52,214 nt of DNA, taken from positions 1 through 52,214 of IMG/VR virus record IMGVR_UViG_3300025645_000104, one strand, 5' to 3'. Numbering within the stretch: position 1 is the first letter of the stretch; each line of letters starts with the position of its first letter. The stretch comes from a virus. Lineage: Duplodnaviria > Caudoviricetes. The notes under the pieces are model-generated. The model saw only the letters and a list, made by a program, of their open reading frames with translations, did no database searches and had not been told where the DNA came from. Positions 8,403 through 16,809 of this stretch are shown piece after piece. The position numbers and the translations under genes are program-made.

Positions 8403-10425
8403 TTTGCATACCTATTATTTGTGCCATGATAGCTGCTTCTTCAGGATCGTTCAGTATTTCATCTGGATCTAAATCTAAGCTATAGGCTAGTTCACTTACA
8501 AGTTTAGAAATCTTAACAAACGGTGCAATAGCAGGACTTTGTGCAGTTTGTAAGAACATAGTCAGTCTTTGACTTCTTACTTCTTTTTGCATCAAGCTAT
8601 TTGTACCTGTAGCTTTAACTTCTAAATCACCTTTAACATCTAAATCACCTTCAAAAAACTGCATGTTCCATTGGAAATATGCTTCACCTAATGGTTTCAA
8701 TAAGAAATCATCTAGATTTTTAACAACTGTTTTAATATTTAAACTAGCTGCGCCTAACAACATTGACATACCTGATGCTGTTCTTGTCATACTTTGAACA
8801 CCTGTTTGTCCGTGACTGTAACTAGGTAGTCCAGTTTGTTCGTCTGCAAGTTGTCTAAACTTGTCAAACATCATCATGTTTTCGTTAGCTGTATTAGGAA
8901 ATTTTAAACCATAGATTGATTGTCCTGCCATTCCTGCTTGTCTACGGAAAACTTTTCCGGGATATATTTCCATTGATTGTCCACCTACTAAAGCAGACTC
9001 GTCTATGTCAAATACAATCGAACCAGAAAGAGCTAAGTTATCTATAGCCATTCTAGCATGTCCGTTCATTATCTGTTGACTATCATCCATGTTTTCAGCA
9101 ATGCCTATACCAAAGAAGTTGTATGGATTTCTTTCGTATGGAAAAGCATGATAAGGAATACGATATGGTGTAAACGGATTAATAACAGCGCGTAATAGTT
9201 TACCACCTGTTACCCATGCATTAACTTGTACTTCGTCTAAATCATCTATTGTGTCGGGTAAGTCTATACCTACTTCTCTTGCGTATTCAGCATCCATGAT
9301 ACCCCAATACTCAAGTACTTCATAGCTAGAATTATATTCTTCTTCTGTTCTAGCGTTATCTTTTAACTGACTTTCAAAACCTTTTTCTTCGTAGTTCGGA
9401 CCCATTTGTAAACATTCACGAATGGCATCTTTGTCAAAGTAAGGCATGTTACGCAGTTGTCTAAGTTGACTACGATTCATCTTGTGACGATGAATAACAT
9501 ATTCACATTCATCCATGTCAGTTGCAGATGGATCAGGATAAAAATCCCAACAACTTACAAACTCTATACGTGGTACTCTAACTTCTAAAGGATTATATTC
9601 TCGTTCACCTTCTTCGTTAGTACTCCACCTACTTAGTTTTTTATTAAAATTAAAAGGTCCTTTAACAATACCTGTACCTAACAACGCAGATTCAAGTAAA
9701 GCATTTCGTATTTCTGACGAACCGTTTGATTCTTCTATTTGATCATGGACAAGTTTTTCTAATCTACGTGCAGCTTCTTGTGCAGGGTTTACTTCTAAAA
9801 CTTTTGGATCTGCGCTGTAGCCTTCTTTTAAAAAACCTTTATCTTCAGCTTGATCTTCTAAACTATCTTCAAAGACACCTTTACCAAAAGTAGCTCCTGC
9901 TTTTAAAGCACGACCATCGCCTTCAAAACCTATATCGTATGGATTTTCTTGAGGCTCGTCTTCCATTCGATTGCCTATGTTATCAGGCATTTCTTCGTCT
10001 GGAAGAGACATTTCAATTCCTTGCATTGGGTTTTGTGTATCTAAATGTGCAGAAGCGTATTCGCCTTCTGGAACTTTAGTTTCACTAATACCAATCGGAA
10101 ACTTACCAGTACCAAACATAACATCCACTAACTGCCCAAAGGCTGCGAGTACTTTTGTTTTAGTAACTTTTACAAAGACTCTAGATTTTTCAGACTCTCT
10201 AAACTTAACAGACTTCTGATATAAACCTCTGTAGTTTTCATATGCACGTAACCATCGTCTTTCATCTGATTGACGAGCATCTTCAGCTTGTTGAAATCTA
10301 TCTTTAATAACACCGACAAGATTTGACTGTTGTGCAAGTTCTAAATCTAGAATTTTTCCAGACTCACCTTCCACATCTTCATAAATGTTGTCAGCGTTTA
10401 AAAATGTATTTTCGTTTTCTGCCAT
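8203..10425 (-). CDS. Portal protein
   Basis: 740 aa after TerL; WDFYPDP and RTASGMSML motifs of P22-like portals. Confidence 0.9.
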   Translation of the reverse strand: MAENENTFLNADNIYEDVEGESGKILDLELAQQSNLVGVIKDRFQQAEDARQSDERRWLRAYENYRGLYQKSVKFRESEKSRVFVKVTKTKVLAAFGQLVDVMFGTGKFPIGISETKVPEGEYASAHLDTQNPMQGIEMSLPDEEMPDNIGNRMEDEPQENPYDIGFEGDGRALKAGATFGKGVFEDSLEDQAEDKGFLKEGYSADPKVLEVNPAQEAARRLEKLVHDQIEESNGSSEIRNALLESALLGTGIVKGPFNFNKKLSRWSTNEEGEREYNPLEVRVPRIEFVSCWDFYPDPSATDMDECEYVIHRHKMNRSQLRQLRNMPYFDKDAIRECLQMGPNYEEKGFESQLKDNARTEEEYNSSYEVLEYWGIMDAEYAREVGIDLPDTIDDLDEVQVNAWVTGGKLLRAVINPFTPYRIPYHAFPYERNPYNFFGIGIAENMDDSQQIMNGHARMAIDNLALSGSIVFDIDESALVGGQSMEIYPGKVFRRQAGMAGQSIYGLKFPNTANENMMMFDKFRQLADEQTGLPSYSHGQTGVQSMTRTASGMSMLLGAASLNIKTVVKNLDDFLLKPLGEAYFQWNMQFFEGDLDVKGDLEVKATGTNSLMQKEVRSQRLTMFLQTAQSPAIAPFVKISKLVSELAYSLDLDPDEILNDPEEAAIMAQIIGMQNAGQETSTETEPTGQQPTMAAAGGLPQSPQELGVTGTGGGNIGTGNVPQSGEDQFSGTVASAPPIG

Positions 10426-10427
10426 GT

Positions 10428-12110
10428 TTAATACCCAAAGGTTGTATCAGAAGGTGCGTATATTTCTTGTTTTAACTCTCGTATCCGATCATATGGGCTT
10501 GCTATTCTAGGTCTGCTCATAATCATATAACGTAATGCGTCATATGCGTGATCCGAAGCGTGAGTATCTACATCCTCTGGATTTGTTTTAGACAACGGTA
10601 TACTTTGTAATTCTCTTATCAAGTTAGGACACGTATTGAATATTTGTAACTTAGGTCTACCGTTCTCTTTAATTTTTAAAAATTCATGTATTTGAATTTT
10701 ACCTTGTACTCTGTTCTTATCTGCTCTTCTTAACTTGTGTCCTTCTTTCAAAAGAGCTTCACCGACAGTCGGTCCTGTAGATCCTGTCTTAGCCCATGCA
10801 GCACCGTCTAAGACACCTGAAACTGCAAAAGGATCTTCAAGTTCCATATTAGTTATTATACTGCCTAATTCCTCACCTGTCAAGCCTTTTCTGTATAATT
10901 CTCGATAAATTATTAAAGTTCCGTCATTAATATCTACAATTCCCCATAAACAACAGCTTTCAGCGGCATATCCGTAGTCAATTCCTTTAACTCTTTCCCA
11001 CCCAATAGGTAGCTCAAACGGAGGAATTACATGGACTTGCGTATCAAATTCTACAAAAGCAGCTCCTTCTGCAACATCCCAATTACCTTCTAACAACTGT
11101 CTACGTTGAATAGGTGGTAAAGACTTAAGCATTTGCTCATAGATACCATCTTCCGCAAGATAAGGATTATCAGCTAGTTTTGCGGGAATAAACTTTCTAG
11201 ATAATCCATCGTTACCTGTAAAACCTGTGTTATGTTCTGAAGGTTCTATGTATCTTTTCTTTACCCAATGCGAACCTACACCGCCCGGATTTGCTGTGCA
11301 GCGTAGGTATGTTTGTATTTCAGGATCAGTTGTACGAAGTCGGGAAGCTAAATAGTTCCAACTAAACTCTGTAGGTAGGTGGGTTATTTCGTCAAAGCCT
11401 ATCCAAGAATAAGCTTGCCCTTGATAACGATATACATCTGCGTCACGTTCAAGGAAGCCAAACTCTACTTTTGCACCGCTTGGAAAGTTCCATAGCTTTT
11501 CTACTTCTCGGAACTTAGCTCCTTGAAAAGCTAACGGATAAAGTTCACGAGATTTATCTATCATCTCGCGTAACTCTGGCATAGAGCGTCTAAGTATTAG
11601 TGCGCGGTGCGCTTTCTTATGCGCATAGCGTAACGGATCAATCAACATTGCGTATGATTTACCACCACCCGCAGCACCGCCATACAGAACATCTTTCTCA
11701 CCTGCAGCAAGAAAGTCTGTTTGTGGTCCTTCGTTAGGATGAAATAAGACATTTTGTTCTGGCAGTATGTCTTGTACTGCTTTAGGAAGCTCGTCTAGCT
11801 CTGAAGGCGAAACAACGCGATCCGTCTTATCGGAAAGCTTATTTATTGTATTGGTTGTGGCTTTGTAAGACTTTCTAGCATTGTTTAGCTTTTCTTCAAG
11901 CTTCTTTATGTTTTTCTTTTTACGTGCTATTTTACGATGAACAGCATACTTGGCTTTTTGTGAAGAGGATACGTTGTAACTGCTACCTGATCCTAATGGT
12001 CTGCCTGCTTTTAAACGTGGTGTACCGTCTTTCTTACGGACAAAGTTACCTTCGCTATCTTGCAAGTAACGATCTGGGTTCAGTTCCCAGTCTTTCGCTT
12101 CTTTTTCCAT
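10428..12110 (-). CDS. terL: Terminase large subunit
   Basis: Walker A GGAAGGGKS, Walker B IGFDE, TANPGG, nuclease GIDYG and DHAYDALRY. Confidence 0.95.
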   Translation of the reverse strand: MEKEAKDWELNPDRYLQDSEGNFVRKKDGTPRLKAGRPLGSGSSYNVSSSQKAKYAVHRKIARKKKNIKKLEEKLNNARKSYKATTNTINKLSDKTDRVVSPSELDELPKAVQDILPEQNVLFHPNEGPQTDFLAAGEKDVLYGGAAGGGKSYAMLIDPLRYAHKKAHRALILRRSMPELREMIDKSRELYPLAFQGAKFREVEKLWNFPSGAKVEFGFLERDADVYRYQGQAYSWIGFDEITHLPTEFSWNYLASRLRTTDPEIQTYLRCTANPGGVGSHWVKKRYIEPSEHNTGFTGNDGLSRKFIPAKLADNPYLAEDGIYEQMLKSLPPIQRRQLLEGNWDVAEGAAFVEFDTQVHVIPPFELPIGWERVKGIDYGYAAESCCLWGIVDINDGTLIIYRELYRKGLTGEELGSIITNMELEDPFAVSGVLDGAAWAKTGSTGPTVGEALLKEGHKLRRADKNRVQGKIQIHEFLKIKENGRPKLQIFNTCPNLIRELQSIPLSKTNPEDVDTHASDHAYDALRYMIMSRPRIASPYDRIRELKQEIYAPSDTTFGY

Positions 12111-12348
12111 ACTTCTTATCTACATGTTTTTTAAGACCTGCGCGAGTAATTGATCTTTCTGTCTTATACTCTAACCAATCTACTGCTTCTTGCAAAGATA
12201 TTTCTTCTTTAACAATCATCTCTTCTACTAAACCAAGTGCTTCTATCTGTTCAGGTATGGGTTTTAGGTATCTAGTTTCTAGATCTAACTCATAACCAAA
12301 AGGAATAGTTGAACTGGCTCGTTTAATATAACCGTTTTCTGTGTTCAT
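12055..12348 (-). CDS. Small putative DNA-binding (HTH-like) protein
   Basis: IPFGY motif then SLQEAVDWL...RSITRAGLKK, like recombinase-type DNA-binding domains. Confidence 0.55.
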   Translation of the reverse strand: MNTENGYIKRASSTIPFGYELDLETRYLKPIPEQIEALGLVEEMIVKEEISLQEAVDWLEYKTERSITRAGLKKHVDKKYGKRSERLGTEPRSLLAR

Positions 12349-12357
12349 AGTACTGTG

Positions 12358-12468
12358 TTACTTTAGTTTTAGTTTTGCTTTAAGTGTTGCGTATAGTTCT
12401 GGTTTGGCTCTTTTAATAATAATAGCTGCCATAACAACGACTACACCTAGACCGATGATAAAATCCAT
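12358..12468 (-). CDS. 36-aa membrane peptide
   Basis: MDFIIGLGVVVVMAAIIIKRAKPELYATLKAKLKLK with GGAGGAG RBS. Confidence 0.7.
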   Translation of the reverse strand: MDFIIGLGVVVVMAAIIIKRAKPELYATLKAKLKLK

Positions 12469-12470
12469 AG

Positions 12471-12902
12471 TTACTCCTCCTCTATAGTTACGTCTGTGTA
12501 TTCTGTATCTTCAATTACTACTGAATGTTTTTCAGGCAATATAAAAATACCCCCTTGCACATTGTGATCTACCTGTACACGGTCAGTCTTAGCAACACCT
12601 ACACGATCAAGTATAGTCTGTGCAGCGTGTAGCTTTTGACTAGCTTGTGGAATAGGTTTGTTACTGTCGATCATCTCTACTAACTTAAAGGCAGCTTTAG
12701 GTGCGGAACGCGCAAGCACATCTGAGGCTAAGTCGACTACTTCTTCTTTTAATGATTTAAGTACTTGATAGTGATTGCCTGAATAGCCTGCAAGTTCTGC
12801 TGCTTTTTTAAAGTCACCTTCGGTAGTGACAAGATTATCTAGGAAAGACTGCTGTTTTTCTGTGAGATTACGATTAGTTTTCTTTTCTGGCATTAAATTC
12901 AT
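12471..12902 (-). CDS. terS: Terminase small subunit
   Basis: LTEKQQSF...KAAELAGYS HTH and AAQTILDRVG; start moved to ATG 12902 (or 12893) because the track's TTG is the -35 box. Confidence 0.8.
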   Translation of the reverse strand: MNLMPEKKTNRNLTEKQQSFLDNLVTTEGDFKKAAELAGYSGNHYQVLKSLKEEVVDLASDVLARSAPKAAFKLVEMIDSNKPIPQASQKLHAAQTILDRVGVAKTDRVQVDHNVQGGIFILPEKHSVVIEDTEYTDVTIEEE

Positions 12903-12912
12903 AATACCTACC

Positions 12913-12941
12913 ATTATAAGGGTACTTTTAAAGTTTGTCAA
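12913..12941 (-). promoter_or_regulatory. Sigma70 promoter for the packaging/structural arm
   Basis: TTGACA-17 bp-TATAAT, perfect consensus. Confidence 0.9.
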
Positions 12942-12966
12942 GTCTTATTTATTTTTTCTTTAGGGC

Positions 12967-12995
12967 TTGACAAATGCTAAAATAAACTGTATAAT
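12967..12995 (+). promoter_or_regulatory. Divergent sigma70 promoter facing the non-coding region
   Basis: TTGACA-17 bp-TATAAT, perfect consensus. Confidence 0.85.
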
Positions 12996-13263
12996 GAATG
13001 TAATGGTCGGGGGGGTTCAACACCTATAGAACCTAGCTAATTTATTTCCCCTTATAGCGCAGATAACGCTTATAAAATATATCTATATATTGATCATTTA
13101 TTATATATGATTGTTAATATGTTCGCGGCACTGGTTAACACTTGAAAAGTTTGTGAAATGTATAACTTTTATATATATATACTACCTACCCCCTATGCCA
13201 CATACGTACCCCTACTACAGTAACACTCGCTTCGCTCGTATTCCTTATACAAAAACTCCGCAG

Positions 13264-13353
13264 ATGAGAATGATTCTCATTTACAAACGTAAACGCTTCT
13301 CATTCAGGAACTTAACTGATTCTCATTCAATAATGTAAATGATTCTTATTTAC
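13264..13353. promoter_or_regulatory. Cluster of Fur-box-like sites
   Basis: Palindrome ATGAGAAT-G-ATTCTCAT (13264-13280) plus GCTTCTCATT, TGATTCTCATT and GTAAATGATTCTTATTTAC. Confidence 0.7.
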
Positions 13354-13393
13354 AAACTGGTTCATATTTTGCCCACTTGTCAAGCGATATAAG

Positions 13394-13450
13394 TTATACA
13401 CAGGTTGTTAACACTTTGTAAAGTTATCCACACTTTTAAAGTTATCCACA
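13394..13450 (+). promoter_or_regulatory. Three DnaA boxes
   Basis: TTATACACA 13394, TTATCCACA 13424, TTATCCACA 13442; same orientation, each preceded by AAG. Confidence 0.8.
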
Positions 13451-13495
13451 TTTTACCAACAGGTAAACAATAACTCTCGATTCAATGATAAAGTA

Positions 13496-13511
13496 CTGGT
13501 TATATATACAG
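13496..13511. promoter_or_regulatory. LexA (SOS) box, gamma/beta-proteobacterial type
   Basis: ta-CTG-GTTATATATA-CAG-ca matches CTG-N10-CAG with an AT-alternating spacer. Confidence 0.75.
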
Positions 13512-13601
13512 CACCACTTTAAAAGCTCTCTAAGCTGATTCTAGCCATTATTTGCCAAAGCTATACCTTACTATTAAAACTTTGTGATCTCTTGATTTCA
13601 C

Positions 13602-13675
13602 CTGAAACCCTTATAAACAAAGGGCTGTAACTTTCCTTCAGGGGAAAGATGCTCTGAAACCCTTATAAATAAAGG
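13602..13675 (+). repeat. 22-bp direct repeat CTGAAACCCTTATAAA(C/T)AAAGG, two copies
   Basis: Copies at 13602-13623 and 13654-13675 flank the first CTTTCC-N6-GGAAAG palindrome. Confidence 0.85.
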
Positions 13676-13709
13676 CATTAAATTATTTTTATTTATTTTA
13701 CGAAATCGC

Positions 13710-13739
13710 TTGCAATCATTTTTTTTTTCGTAGTATAAT
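13710..13739 (+). promoter_or_regulatory. Early sigma70 promoter with AT-rich upstream element
   Basis: TTGCAA-18 bp-TATAAT preceded by A/T tracts. Confidence 0.7.
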
Positions 13740-13930
13740 ATGACCATGTTCGTTAGATGGCGAACTCAAAACCGCAAGGACTGCAACCAAAGCATCAATA
13801 TTATCAACTCTAGGATAATACCAAATATTTAAATTAGTCGTTTCAATATTGTTATTTGATAAGGTGTTGATTGATTGCTTAATATAATAACTTTCCCTCA
13901 GAGGAAAGATTAAAACATGAGGCAGTAAAA

Positions 13931-14590
13931 ATGGAAGCACAAAAACAAGCAACACCTAAAAAGATCGCTAAAAAAATAACTACAATGAGAAAGCAAGAAA
14001 ATACAATGAGTCAAATTGTTAATGGTATTCAAGAAGCTTTATTATTTGAATCCAATTCAATGCATCAATCAGGCACTGAAAATGGTTTATTTGATTTAAT
14101 CAAACAAGCATTTAATAAATTGACTACTGAGACTGACATTGAAAATGCACGTATTTCAATCTATGATAGGCATTATGAATTTCCAAGCGAGGGCAAGTTT
14201 ATGCTAGGTAGAAAGGGCAACGGCACAACGTCAAAAGAAGTAAATCGAAAGCCAGCTCCCAAGACTCTATCGAATGTATTTTCTCTATGTAATCAAGCGG
14301 TAAGAGATTGTGTTACTGGTAAAGATGGACAAGAAACACAATTCGGCTATAAGCAATGGCTACCTGCTAAAGGATTACATGCTTTTGAGTCTATCAATGA
14401 CGAAGAAAATTCAGAACTTGGATTGAAAGTAATTCTTCGAGATAAAAAGAACGACCCCGATAGACTGTTAAGAAATCAACTAATTGCACAACGTAAAAAG
14501 GCATTAGCTGACGAAGTAGCAGAAAATAAAGAAGCAATGAAACTTGATGACAAAGGCTATGCAAAATATATAGCTAAAAACTTTAGTTAA
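13931..14590 (+). CDS. First early gene, hypothetical protein (219 aa)
   Basis: ORF with GAGG RBS downstream of the early promoter. Confidence 0.8.
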   Translation: MEAQKQATPKKIAKKITTMRKQENTMSQIVNGIQEALLFESNSMHQSGTENGLFDLIKQAFNKLTTETDIENARISIYDRHYEFPSEGKFMLGRKGNGTTSKEVNRKPAPKTLSNVFSLCNQAVRDCVTGKDGQETQFGYKQWLPAKGLHAFESINDEENSELGLKVILRDKKNDPDRLLRNQLIAQRKKALADEVAENKEAMKLDDKGYAKYIAKNFS

Positions 14591-14662
14591 AACCAATCGC
14601 AATCTTTCAGCGCCTTATCAAATAATAATATGAACTTTCCCTCAGAGGAAAGATTAAAAAAC

Positions 14663-14729
14663 TTTCTAAGACTTGGCAAGATTTCCCCCAATTTTGCTGA
14701 GTCTTGGAAAACTTTTTAATTTTTTTTTA
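14663..14729 (+). terminator. 20-bp hairpin with U tracts (terminator and/or RNase III site)
   Basis: 14663-14682 pairs with 14691-14710 using four G-U pairs; loop TTCCCCCA; T tracts follow. Confidence 0.7.
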
Positions 14730-14905
14730 ATTTATTATTTAAGTTGAGAGTTGAGAAGAGAGAAGATGAGAGAAAACAACTACCTCAAATCACTTGACTT
14801 GAGAGACTATATATGAGACTATAATAGTACAAGCACCACTAATAACAGTAACACTAACCAACTTTCCCTCAGAGGAAAGATAATAAAAGAGAGAGAGAAG
14901 ATACC

Positions 14906-15016
14906 ATGACTAGAACTAGACAACGAAAAATGCAGAGAGAATTACTATCATATAAATATTTATGTTTGTTTGTGTTAGGTTTCTTAATAGGAATCTTTCT
15001 AGGTACTGCGCTATGA
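14906..15016 (+). CDS. 36-aa membrane peptide
   Basis: MTRTRQRKMQRELLSYKYLCLFVLGFLIGIFLGTAL; ATGA overlap with the next gene. Confidence 0.65.
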   Translation: MTRTRQRKMQRELLSYKYLCLFVLGFLIGIFLGTAL

Positions 15017-15231
15017 AATTTGCAGAATACATGGAGACATTCGGTGCAGTTCCTAATACTTTTCAAGGGTTGAGTAACACACGAATACATATTAAGAAAA
15101 GTAAGAACGGAGTGAAGCGAGAATCTCAACCACAACTTTCCTTCAAGGGAAAGTACAGAGTAAGTAAAGCAGTATCAACTGCACCTGTATACGGCAAGAA
15201 CTTAGAGGTACTAAAGAGTTTATTAAAATAG
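15013..15231 (+). CDS. Basic hypothetical early protein
   Basis: Start reassigned to the ATGA-coupled MKFAEY. Confidence 0.6.
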   Translation: MKFAEYMETFGAVPNTFQGLSNTRIHIKKSKNGVKRESQPQLSFKGKYRVSKAVSTAPVYGKNLEVLKSLLK

Positions 15232-15252
15232 AGAGAGAGAGGAGTGTGATGT

Positions 15253-15486
15253 ATGTATGACGATTACGGCAAGACGTTTGAAGATGGAGTTGCCACGTTA
15301 CAATTTCAACAGTGGTTCAACGAAACTTTTTATCCAGATAAACAAATGTTTAACAGGAAAGATTTTAAGCACATGATAAATGTGTTCCAACAAGTAATTA
15401 TAAACTTGTCATTAGCTAAAGGTCGTGCAGTAACTAGGCAAGAAGCGAGTGATTATATAACAAAGAGGTATGTGTATGAGTTGTAA
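15253..15486 (+). CDS. Hypothetical early protein
   Basis: GAGGAG RBS; compact gene array. Confidence 0.7.
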   Translation: MYDDYGKTFEDGVATLQFQQWFNETFYPDKQMFNRKDFKHMINVFQQVIINLSLAKGRAVTRQEASDYITKRYVYEL

Positions 15487-15691
15487 TAATAAAGAAGAGT
15501 ATTCGATACCAACTACCTATTATTATAGGCATGTATCTACCAAGTGTGGTAACACTAAGGCTGATGGTAGACGTGCAATCTGTGATGAGTGCAGAGATAA
15601 TCCAGTTAAGATGAGAGAGATAGAAGATATACAGGTATGCGTAGATAAAGACAACGCATGGTTGCGGAGTGCAGGTTGGGGTGAAATATAA
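15470..15691 (+). CDS. Small Cys-rich (possible Zn-binding) protein
   Basis: CxxC...C...CxxC, GAGGT RBS. Confidence 0.65.
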   Translation: MCMSCNNKEEYSIPTTYYYRHVSTKCGNTKADGRRAICDECRDNPVKMREIEDIQVCVDKDNAWLRSAGWGEI

Positions 15692-15711
15692 ACACAAGAG
15701 AGGAGTGATGT

Positions 15712-15867
15712 ATGTATAAGATAATAAGATTTACTTTTGACGACAATCATCCAGACAATCACAAAGTAATTAAGACAGGGTTGACTGAGGAAGAAGCACA
15801 AGAACATTGCCAAAGAGATGACACCAGAAAAGAGGGTGTTTGGTTTGATGGCTATACTGAGGAGTGA
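15712..15867 (+). CDS. 51-aa hypothetical protein
   Basis: MYKIIRFTF...GLTEEEAQEHC...WFDGYTEE; GAGGAG RBS; not in the track. Confidence 0.75.
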   Translation: MYKIIRFTFDDNHPDNHKVIKTGLTEEEAQEHCQRDDTRKEGVWFDGYTEE

Positions 15868-15870
15868 TGT

Positions 15871-16173
15871 ATGGAAGAAATTCTTAATATGTTTAACATA
15901 ACTGAGAAAGAATTTTATGGTAGAGACAAAGCATTTTTAACTAGAAAAAATCCTTCTTATGCTTGTTCAAACTTTGTAATTGCTTATGGAGATGAAGAGA
16001 ACTATACAAAAGTTTTATACTTTGACGGAGATGGCGGAAGAGCAATCATTCAAAACGAAAGCGAGGTATTTCCGTATGGCTCTAAGGTAGAACTATACGA
16101 ATGTACTTACTGTGATTTTGAATGGTCAGTAATTAAAGAAATTTTTGATATTCTAAAAGAGATAGAGGAGTGA
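15871..16173 (+). CDS. Hypothetical early protein
   Basis: ORF with GAGGAG RBS. Confidence 0.75.
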   Translation: MEEILNMFNITEKEFYGRDKAFLTRKNPSYACSNFVIAYGDEENYTKVLYFDGDGGRAIIQNESEVFPYGSKVELYECTYCDFEWSVIKEIFDILKEIEE

Positions 16174-16176
16174 TGT

Positions 16177-16809
16177 ATGTATAAGAACCATGCAGTAAAG
16201 TGCCAAGCGTATGCACAACGAAACGCTGACAACTTTGCAGACGTAGTAATGATGGTGTCACTTAGCATACAGCAGAACTGGCTAGGAGTAGGCGATCAGT
16301 TGCAAGATGTAAGACTGAACAAAGAGAACAGCAAGTTTCTGTGGGGTATGAAAGCGACAGCGTACAAATATATTATGACGCACAAGCATAAGATATACGC
16401 AATGATGAAAGCTGTGATGTGCAGTAATCATAATGACGAAGACAAAGCTAAGAGTCTGATGAAAGTATTCTTGCGTATCGAAGGGCTTGGATTAGTAAAG
16501 GCAGGGTTTGTGTGTCAACTTACCTGTGGTCTTGTAGGTTGTATGGATGTACATAACATCAAGGCATATAAGATTGATGAGAAGATGCTGACCTATAACA
16601 AGAAGTTAAGGACAGAGAAAGGTATCAAAGCAAATGAGAAGAAGATAGAGAACTATATTAAACTGTGCCACGACTACGGAACAGAAGAACTTTGGAACGC
16701 ATGGTGTGAATCGTTAGCTCTTAAATCAGATAAGTGGGTTGACGGATTCCATGTGTCTGAGGTACACTATACTTATCTGACAAACAATAACAGGAGGGCA
16801 GTATGTTAG
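16177..16809 (+). CDS. HhH-GPD-like DNA glycosylase
   Basis: HhH motif FLRIEGLGLVKAGF followed by CMDVH (candidate catalytic Asp). Confidence 0.55.
   Translation: MYKNHAVKCQAYAQRNADNFADVVMMVSLSIQQNWLGVGDQLQDVRLNKENSKFLWGMKATAYKYIMTHKHKIYAMMKAVMCSNHNDEDKAKSLMKVFLRIEGLGLVKAGFVCQLTCGLVGCMDVHNIKAYKIDEKMLTYNKKLRTEKGIKANEKKIENYIKLCHDYGTEELWNAWCESLALKSDKWVDGFHVSEVHYTYLTNNNRRAVC

Larger units (their letters stand above)
13631..15153. repeat. Five dispersed copies of palindrome CTTTCC-N6-GGAAAG (putative operator)
   Basis: Copies start at 13631, 13891, 14635, 14862 and 15136. Confidence 0.9.

Noticed and set aside
12903-12941. TTG start of TerS in the ORF track
   Set aside because: The TTG is the -35 hexamer and lies upstream of the predicted transcription start
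13111-13338. 75-aa ORF in the non-coding region
   Set aside because: TTG start, no RBS, and it runs through TA repeats and Fur-like boxes
13583-13601. CRP site (TGTGA...TCAC)
   Set aside because: Half-site spacing is 10 bp, not 6
13631-15153. Palindromic repeats as a CRISPR array
   Set aside because: Spacing is irregular (about 230-740 bp) with genes between copies; the Cas4-like nuclease is a normal phage replication-module gene
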